From a virus (taxonomy: Duplodnaviria; Caudoviricetes), in IMG/VR virus record IMGVR_UViG_3300032286_001171, positions 1-27,446 of that record: DNA of 27,446 bases; one strand, written 5' to 3'. How positions within the stretch are numbered: the stretch's first letter is position 1; every line of letters starts with the position of its first letter. The translations under genes were made by a program, and so were the position numbers. Below are positions 20,901 through 25,292 of this stretch, piece after piece. The notes below the pieces were generated by a model. It made no database searches and was not told the origin of the DNA. It saw nothing but the letters and a program-made list of their open reading frames with translations.

Positions 20901-23687
20901 GGAAACTTTACTGATTATTATAACATTGTTTTTAGCGAAAACGGAACTATTCAAATTAAAAATAGTATATGGGATTATAGTAATGTAAACTATTCTTACG
21001 ATTCTGCTCCATTAGATGAAGCTCTATTTGATCAGGTACCTGATTTAGAATTATATTATATTCTAAATGCCTTAAAGGATGATCTATTTGTTAATGATCT
21101 CAAGGCCAATTGGAATTTATTTTTCTTTAAGGCTGTACGATATGCACTTACTGAACAAAAATTATTAGATTGGGCATTTAAGACCAGTTTTATCAGTGTA
21201 AAAAATACCACTGATATATTAAGCCAGCCGGTAGCCTATAGCCTAGATGCTAGTCAATACTATGAAGAATTTATCAAAGAGATAAAACCCTATCACTCCC
21301 AGATTAGGGAATTTGTTGCTACCTACAGTAATTTAGAAAATACCAGAATTAACACAACTGATTTTGATTTGCCTCCTTATTACGATGCAGAAATTGAAGA
21401 TTTTAATGTTGTAGAATTACAGGTTAATTCAATTAATACTGCAACATTAACTAGCACACCATTAGATCAATACCCTTGGAAATCATGGGCCGATAATTAT
21501 ACATATACATTAGACTCTATATTAGTCGCTGACTCAGGTAGTGGATATACTGAAGATCCTACTGTTAATATTACTGGTGGTAGTCCTGACGTTAATGCTA
21601 CTGCCAAGGCTTATATTCGAAATGGAGGTGTTTATCGAATTGTAGTCACGTATCCGGGTGTTAATTTTAGAGCGCTCCCACAAATAACCATAGCGGGTGG
21701 TGGGCTATATGTTACTAGAAATGCCACTGCTTCGGCTGTGCTTTCTAATCCTGTTGTACGTAAAAATATTGTAGGGATAAAATTTGATAGGTACAGTGTA
21801 GATTCTGAAATAGGCAATATTGAAGTAACTGAAACATTTACCTGTGACGGAAAGACAGCTGAATTTGAATTAGAGTGGATGGCAGACCCTGACAAGTTAA
21901 AAATATTTCCCACACTTGATAAGAAATTAGTACTATCTGCCAATTACAAAATTGTTCAATTTTCTAAAAATGAAGACGCTGAAAAATTTAACAAATATTC
22001 TAAATTTGTGTTCCTTGATACACTACCTAAAGAAAATCAAATTTTTAAAATTACCTATAGTAAAAATATTAGCTTATTCAATGCAGTAGATAGGGTGGAC
22101 ACTTATTATAATCCTAGTTCAACAATGCCAGGAAAATATTATCCATTATTAATGACTGGGTTTGAATATCCTGGAACATCTATCCAGGGACTGAGATTTA
22201 ATTATTCTACACCATTAGGCAATGAATACGGTAATTATGGAGGTGGTGGTTGGGATGATTTCGTTGACTATTACGCCAAAGCTAAGGTAGTTGCTGACGT
22301 TACTACCAGTACTACTACATTATTTTTAAGTACTACTACTGGTATTATTCCGGGACAAGTGATAAATTTCTTAAATTCCTCTACTCTTCGAGTAAGAACA
22401 GATACTGTGGTTGTTTCTGTTGATACATCGACTCGTTCTATTCAAATTAGTGCTCCCCAATATAATATTATAAGAGCTAGATCAACTGCTACTGCTATTG
22501 GTTCTGCTATGACTATAGAAACCTTGACAGAATTTTATGGGGACTATAGAGTAGGTGATAGGATATTGATCTCTGGAATAACAACCAGTGGATACAATGG
22601 TGAATATACCATTGACGCCATCTACAATAACACTATGTTTGGTGTTACCGCATATCAGGTGCTAGGAAATACGGTAGCCAATCTTACTATGGCTACTGTT
22701 AGAGCCTATAGTATATTGTCTCCGGTCTATGCTCAAACAAAATTACTAGGCAATTATAGTTTCAATGCAGGCTACTGTCCAGTATCAACGTCGACACTTA
22801 CTGCGGGTACGTTTGCAATTTCAGTAGCACCAGATGCGTATACCTGGTATTTTGGAACACCGTATTATTCATTTGGAACTATCCCATCGAGTATTAATGA
22901 AGGCTCTGTCGGTACATTTAATGTTGTTACAGCCAATGTTACAAATGGAACCACATTATACTGGACCATAGGAAATGTTAGTACTGCGGCCGCAGACTTC
23001 TCTGCATCATATGGCTCATTTACTGTTAACAATAATACCGGATCGTTTACAGTATCTCCTACTGCCGACACTACTACAGAAGGATTTGAAACATTTGTAG
23101 TTTATCTCAGAACTTTGAGTACATCGGGATCTATTGTGTCGACCAGTACCTCGGTGACAATTAATGATACAAGTCAAGGTGGTGGTGGAGGTGGTGGTGC
23201 TGCTGTAGCAGCATTCGCAGGCGGAACAGCTTTCTGGAATACTTTCTCATATTGGAGTTCTAACCAAATGACTGCTGTTCCGGCTAGTTATGCTGAATTC
23301 CAATTCAACACAAATGGTACAATATCTGTTGCTTACTCTAGTCCAGCTGGTCCATTATATGGCTATGTAGACCGATATGTCAATACATTTACCAACACCG
23401 GTACTAATTATGATATCAAAGTAGATATGAGAGTTGGTGATGGAGTACAACGGAGTACGGCTGCTAGAACCGATTATTATGTACTAGGTAACTTTGAATC
23501 TCCTGCTTCAGGTAATTCTACAGGGTGGGTCAACTTAGGAACACAGAGGACTATTCGTGTTGCATTGTCCTCTGGTGCAGATCCAATGGATTATGTGGCA
23601 CTGGCAACAACAGTGTCTATAGGACCTACAGGTACAGCTACTACTAGCACATCGTCGGTCTTTACTATTGACATAGGGGTCATCTAG
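11934..23687 (+). CDS. Giant multidomain baseplate wedge/fibre protein (gp7-position; N-terminal part of a split protein)
   Basis: 3917-aa ORF after gp6, beginning 'SVNFLPAYIRSDRNSKFLSSTIDQL'. Contains gp7-like motifs FYQGFIREKGT and FIKEIKPYH, two CBM5/12-like modules, FG-GAP-like repeats, GxGY..P.V.I.GG repeats, and a terminal Calx-beta-like plus beta-sandwich appendage. Confidence 0.75.
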   Translation: MAEQNKKSVNFLPAYIRSDRNSKFLSSTIDQLVQTPQLERIDGFVGSKVISNFDPAVDNYVTSASPLRNAYQLEPAAVFRDSVSNITDVVSYDDLINEISVQGGNADNLDRVFRTKFYSYDPLIDWDKLVNYNQYYWLPNGPDSISITTTTNNIIGHPTYTMPNGYAFSNGMKVTFTNSFTSGTTRVSSGTEYIIEGVGNSIRLIDMSLLEVNGSLATIYNETFDNSSFDQYGFDADEKVALIPEYITINRASRDLNAWSRYNRWVHRDVINTTAIISGTDPVYQFNYNAKRPIVEFKADIQLYKFGKNGIQNIDLIDDSTTDIDIIAGALGYYIDGELLQQGYRIVLNNADDLTIRNKIYKVGFTTGTSTIYLTETVDSGVNDLDSLSVNYGTNYSGKSFYYSADDNKWLYAQQHESLNEFPLFDLFSDDGISYTKNVNENNFSGNKVFGYELGSGIADKVLGFPVKQDQNAIGIGSYLFKNYFSTDSFSIVIDKVKQTQLVSTAFLKINNVDNDTYSLTNVWRSTEDYQIPILETQVIGISTSTVIALSLDAPLTNTVTSYLSFVNSKIIHTSATITANSLSVSFDNTLTENDVVLLKINTDQIPNSNGYYEPPLSLTNNPLNGPIASLTLSQLTDHVASMVYRSFNNDFVGEFPGSSNLRDLYDYAKYGMQLITNENPISFAHIFLGKKEHNVIDALRFAAEQYNQFKLNFLRTLGTITDQIDVVSIVDTILLEIGQNNTPKESFFRSDMVGYGPAKTIREITVTNSYISEYPIGVEFDLSKLSFKSVLIYVNDIQLISGQDYEFILANGSVHFLITLSVGTVIKIHYYESTLSGYIPSTPTKLGLYPKFVPGLITDDRYADGSQLMIQGHDGSLTKSYGDYRDNVILEFEKRIFNNIKIEYNRTLYDMMSVIPGAFRESDYTIDQTNDRLIHDYTKWASVYNVDIFTNNTYDSGTYRTWNYTNTVDTLLGKPAFGTWRAVFKYFYDTDRPHTHPWEMLGFTIKPSWWNSKYGAGPYTSLNTQLWTDLENGYIAGGEYQGTWDKYKRPGLSNIIPVDSSGVLRDLNAFLITGAGPSTQKEDWIFGDYSPAEVAWRNSSYWPFALNVAAALLYPGNYSSKLFDVSRTTINAVGQVVYKEDKLYLDPRKLLIDGINGAQTSGFGNFVIERGRKNYQDYPIKLSQDLIYLDLNLFHKLGGFTSKEKLQVRINAVDPQSTKPGVILPPEDYSLILNISNPIKSARISGVIVQKVDGNFVLKGYDRNYPFFNIYQPINSAIDGAIVVGGKQEHYDLWQPATSDGNSGLSAIDITTAGTYSIKFYKQGQIVLHNGRYYRVKTSHNAQTKFDLNLFQQLPRLPTTGGARVQTSNRFETVVTKVVYGSVFSTIQEVYDVLIGYGAWLEDQGFIFDQYNSDLAEMMDWKFSGKEFLYWSTQKWAEGNLITLSPFADYLKYKFKDSVVDNLFAKNYEYSLQKADGQGFPTDNFDIAREDSGCVIQTKDTQEGIFFAVLNSVQKEHGMVFNNTTIFNDTIYDPDSGYRQKRIRLYGFRTKGWNGDLTSPGFVYDNVEITEWQSYKSYIPGKVIRYNGVYYEANQQIISDETFDFTKWDILASKPIPQFVPNFDYKISQFDDFYSLDIDNFDYSQQKLAQHLIGYTPRNYLNKIFTDPIAQYKFYQGFIREKGTKKPLAKILKASQNRDQGSIEINEEWAIRVGNYGGFETYNEIEFTLQEGLYLENPYVIKFVDKAPSDPLALIHYTSSSNLLITPANYIATSTFVTIDGTFNDHNLELTTAGYVRTDDVTATAYNKNSLLDIANNSILQNGDTIWLGFLENGDWDVYRYTHQRAKIAGVYVSSPGSEITFVTNVHHNLQIGDIVSVVRFNAQVDGVHIVTAIPEVGQFTVASTLAGIVNEPLLAYGSLYRFESARHSDFAALATATDLFNLPENSKVWIDRDTDQKWAVYEKIKNYNTGTVYSSIPTPFGQHMGSSIVADKDSTTVLVSLPGYKSATSINYGKISVYSKSINETLVKKFDYALNTGGKNYCQPNTSTDFGYSLALDNAKDLFFVGAPIASAIRATTATATLVLSTGTGVIRPSYKEGLVKISSRNDRDTAEVTSAVLAQPYSTSTNANSRFGHSLYVNKVAASTSTLLLVGAPGSSAYAGTGTVYAYNINKFGTTVTVTNHPIGTTVNSTSTVSLNRGSLWGYSISGSDTGDIIAISAPKFYSSGSAGIVQIFDKNLHWKQNLYSPFDVNDQFGHAVEVSSSGEFIFVSSVRSQSYIGTIGKVAVYTVNSSGTYVLSQILSNPLENTNLKFGSAISISQDEQNLIISSLGTNRSRILKFYQNASKKLGETTFDNNETRFLSSVPDSGAVYIYNNFDSVFVQADELLPDEILEGSQYGRSLASTDNNIFVGAPFNDITQSAQDKSRVYQFKKKDSTKNSWYRLRNQEALVDVKPFQRVALIDTFNEEVLDYLDIVDPLKNKVVGTAEQELKYKLAADPAVYSVGLAATNNDTETNWLDEHVGELWWDLSTAKYVWYEQGNDTFRKNNWGKLFPGASIDIYEWVKSDLLPSEWAARADTTRGLIKGISGQPKYPDNTVISVKQVFNTVTGSFENVYYFWVKNKTTVPGLVNRRLSSLQVANLIADPLANGLKFVEVLSANSIAFANVQASLVGDRISANIAFDTIDNQIPRHTEWMLMQEGSSHSMPNELLDKKLIDSLLGRDLYGRSVPALELTFRNRYGLGIRPQQTLFKDRIEALRNLIDFSNYVLKNNQITNNYNFDKLNSYESIPDEMQREYDQIIDDIEQLDTINTTAYRQGQLTCIVRNGKIYSVSIIDSGYGYLLPPKVSVASSIDAEILTTIDNQGQIISVRVQNAGGGFVQAPILTVRPQAVVVASNTNAGGRWTLHTFNYRQNLWDKIRTQLYNTPLFWDYINWTADEYDQYKSIKYIIDNVYELNLITDPQPGDYIKIKNIGDNRSAILERIDQQLGNFTDYYNIVFSENGTIQIKNSIWDYSNVNYSYDSAPLDEALFDQVPDLELYYILNALKDDLFVNDLKANWNLFFFKAVRYALTEQKLLDWAFKTSFISVKNTTDILSQPVAYSLDASQYYEEFIKEIKPYHSQIREFVATYSNLENTRINTTDFDLPPYYDAEIEDFNVVELQVNSINTATLTSTPLDQYPWKSWADNYTYTLDSILVADSGSGYTEDPTVNITGGSPDVNATAKAYIRNGGVYRIVVTYPGVNFRALPQITIAGGGLYVTRNATASAVLSNPVVRKNIVGIKFDRYSVDSEIGNIEVTETFTCDGKTAEFELEWMADPDKLKIFPTLDKKLVLSANYKIVQFSKNEDAEKFNKYSKFVFLDTLPKENQIFKITYSKNISLFNAVDRVDTYYNPSSTMPGKYYPLLMTGFEYPGTSIQGLRFNYSTPLGNEYGNYGGGGWDDFVDYYAKAKVVADVTTSTTTLFLSTTTGIIPGQVINFLNSSTLRVRTDTVVVSVDTSTRSIQISAPQYNIIRARSTATAIGSAMTIETLTEFYGDYRVGDRILISGITTSGYNGEYTIDAIYNNTMFGVTAYQVLGNTVANLTMATVRAYSILSPVYAQTKLLGNYSFNAGYCPVSTSTLTAGTFAISVAPDAYTWYFGTPYYSFGTIPSSINEGSVGTFNVVTANVTNGTTLYWTIGNVSTAAADFSASYGSFTVNNNTGSFTVSPTADTTTEGFETFVVYLRTLSTSGSIVSTSTSVTINDTSQGGGGGGGAAVAAFAGGTAFWNTFSYWSSNQMTAVPASYAEFQFNTNGTISVAYSSPAGPLYGYVDRYVNTFTNTGTNYDIKVDMRVGDGVQRSTAARTDYYVLGNFESPASGNSTGWVNLGTQRTIRVALSSGADPMDYVALATTVSIGPTGTATTSTSSVFTIDIGVI
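15810..16765 (+). other. Two CBM5/12 (ChtBD3)-like carbohydrate-binding modules within the giant protein
   Basis: W...FYKQGQIVLHNGRYYRVKTSH...F (about 15810-16000) and EWQSYKSYIPGKVIRYNGVYYEA...W (about 16647-16765) fit the W..Y..G..V.yNG..Y pattern. Confidence 0.6.
17875..19235 (+). other. FG-GAP/integrin-alpha-like beta-propeller (~7 blades) within the giant protein
   Basis: Repeats MGSSIVA..VLVSLP, FGYSLAL..FVGAP, FGHSLYV..LLVGAP..GTVY, WGYSISG..IAISAP..GIVQIF, FGHAVEV..IFVSS..GKVAVY, FGSAISI..LIISS..GAVYIY, YGRSLAS..IFVGAP. Confidence 0.75.
22860..23174 (+). other. Calx-beta-like Ig domain near the C-terminus of the giant protein
   Basis: SSINEGS...TF.V.T.NV..GTTLYWTI......ADF....GSFTV....GSFTV...AD.TTEG.ETF.V.LR.........S.SVTINDTS. 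Confidence 0.7.
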
Positions 23688-23692
23688 CACCT

Positions 23693-23700
23693 TATAAATA
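23693..23700 (+). promoter_or_regulatory. T4-type late promoter TATAAATA, 5 nt before ATG 23706
   Basis: Exact consensus within an 18-nt intergenic gap: TATAAATA-TTAGC-ATG; no SD. Confidence 0.75.
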
Positions 23701-23705
23701 TTAGC

Positions 23706-25286
23706 ATGTCAACAGCAACATTTACAATATCAAACATAGGTGACAATCCGGTTACCATAACTGGCATTACATTTAATACGCCTAGCGGTATTTCTCATGT
23801 TGCTGATTTGACAAATTTAGGCGGAAGTTCTGCATTTACGGGCACAGTGGCTTCACTGTCCTACAATCTAAATTATCCGAATAGTCAAACTTTCACAGTT
23901 AATCATACTACAAATACTGGTGTACTAACAGCCTCAACATTGGCCAGTACTATAGTTATTAATGGTTCGAGTGGTACTTCGGCTACTATCACTGTAACTG
24001 ATATTGTGACAACATCTACAAATTTAGTATCTCCTACAACTTCTACATTTTATTCTTACACAGTCCCGGGTACCTACTATCTTGTACCACCTTATCGATA
24101 TGCTACTGCAACAATAATTGGAGCCGGTGGAGGAGGGGGCGGTAATGATGGTGGGGGCGATAATTGGGCAGGTGGCGGCGGTGGTTCCGGTGCCTACACC
24201 GTTAGTTATTTAGATTTCAACAACACAGGAAGTCTAGAGATTGTTGTCGGAGCAGGAGGTCTACCTGCTAGTGTAAGTTTTAATGGTTACGATTATCCTG
24301 GAATAGAAGGCAAAACCAGGACAGGTACTAAGGCCGGAGGAACCGGCGGTACCTCCTTTGTTTTTTGGACTACTTCGGGTTATTATTATTCATCATTTGC
24401 TACTGGCGGCGGCGGCGGTAGTGGTAATACCAGTGATGCACAATATAACATCACAGGTGGGGCAGGGGGGTCTACTTCCGGTACAGGTCTTTCACAAAAT
24501 GGAGCCAAGGGCGAGGATGTAACTAGGCCTACCTTTGAAAGAAACAGTTATAGGGCCGCATACGGTGGGGCTATTTCAGGAATTACCACAGGTACTGGCG
24601 GCAATAGCCATGACAGTAATTTTGGTGATAATTTAGATATACATTTGCCTCAAGGTGGTGGTGATGGTGCTGTTTTTCTTCTTTTCAGTAACACAAATCC
24701 TGCAGGTGCCGGTATATCAGTTGTTTCAAACTTTGGACAACCTGGATCTAGCATAACCTCTCTCAATGGTAGATCAAAACCTTCATACACTATGGTGCAG
24801 ATAACTTCTGCTGGCGGATTCAATTTTGATATTAGTTCACTATCGAGTCAAGCAGGTTCTGGAATTGATGTATATCCAGCTCCTGCTAGCAATCAAAGAT
24901 GGGCTACAGAACCGTTAATTGGAGGTACCCCGGTCAGCAGTACCGGATATTATGTAAGGGCTAGAGTCGATCCATTAACCGCTTGGTTAGGTGATGCTGC
25001 ATTTACAGGGCCAGGATTTGCCACCGCACTTGATAACAGCTATTTTGCTATTTATGGTTATAGTTCGGTGCAAGGTAGTTGGGTAACTATAACTACCGCA
25101 ACTAATTATGTTAATGGGTTTGGAAAATCAGGATGGCGTTTATATGGAATATATGATCCTTCGTCGGGGGATGATTCTTCTGCTCTATGTAATTTAACTA
25201 TAGAAGTTTCGAATACGACGACCGGAGTTATATTAGCATCTGGCTCTTATCAATGCTACATGTACTCCAATAATTCTTACGCATAA
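23706..25286 (+). CDS. Putative adhesin/receptor-binding protein: Ig-like (ASH-type) domain, polyglycine domain and C-terminal beta-sandwich
   Basis: N-terminal TFTISNIGDNPVTITGI...SQTFTV (Ig/ASH-like). The middle YTVPGTY...IIGAGGGGGG..GGGGGSGAY..IVVGAGG..GGTGGTS..ATGGGGG..GGGDGAVFL resembles glycine-rich phage adhesin domains (T-even gp38-type polyglycine sandwich). The C-terminal domain is aromatic-rich. Confidence 0.7.
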   Translation: MSTATFTISNIGDNPVTITGITFNTPSGISHVADLTNLGGSSAFTGTVASLSYNLNYPNSQTFTVNHTTNTGVLTASTLASTIVINGSSGTSATITVTDIVTTSTNLVSPTTSTFYSYTVPGTYYLVPPYRYATATIIGAGGGGGGNDGGGDNWAGGGGGSGAYTVSYLDFNNTGSLEIVVGAGGLPASVSFNGYDYPGIEGKTRTGTKAGGTGGTSFVFWTTSGYYYSSFATGGGGGSGNTSDAQYNITGGAGGSTSGTGLSQNGAKGEDVTRPTFERNSYRAAYGGAISGITTGTGGNSHDSNFGDNLDIHLPQGGGDGAVFLLFSNTNPAGAGISVVSNFGQPGSSITSLNGRSKPSYTMVQITSAGGFNFDISSLSSQAGSGIDVYPAPASNQRWATEPLIGGTPVSSTGYYVRARVDPLTAWLGDAAFTGPGFATALDNSYFAIYGYSSVQGSWVTITTATNYVNGFGKSGWRLYGIYDPSSGDDSSALCNLTIEVSNTTTGVILASGSYQCYMYSNNSYA

Positions 25287-25292
25287 TCTAAT

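Noticed and set aside
642-23071. Other short (60-112 aa) ORFs in the track nested within large genes
   Set aside because: Overlapping shadows without recognisable motifs or start signals.
23685-23687. Genome-wide TAG reassignment (code 15)
   Set aside because: More than 25 kb of late genes are open in the standard code; recoded phages show many in-frame TAGs.
24700-25286. Diversity-generating retroelement target
   Set aside because: No template repeat differing at adenines and no RT in the window; the C-terminus is not recognisably C-type-lectin-like.
22780-25292. Self-splicing intron, invertible segment or IS as the cassette's identity
   Set aside because: The cassette is almost fully coding, with no endonuclease, RT, recombinase or transposase. 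I saw no terminal direct or inverted repeats by eye, though short sites could be missed.
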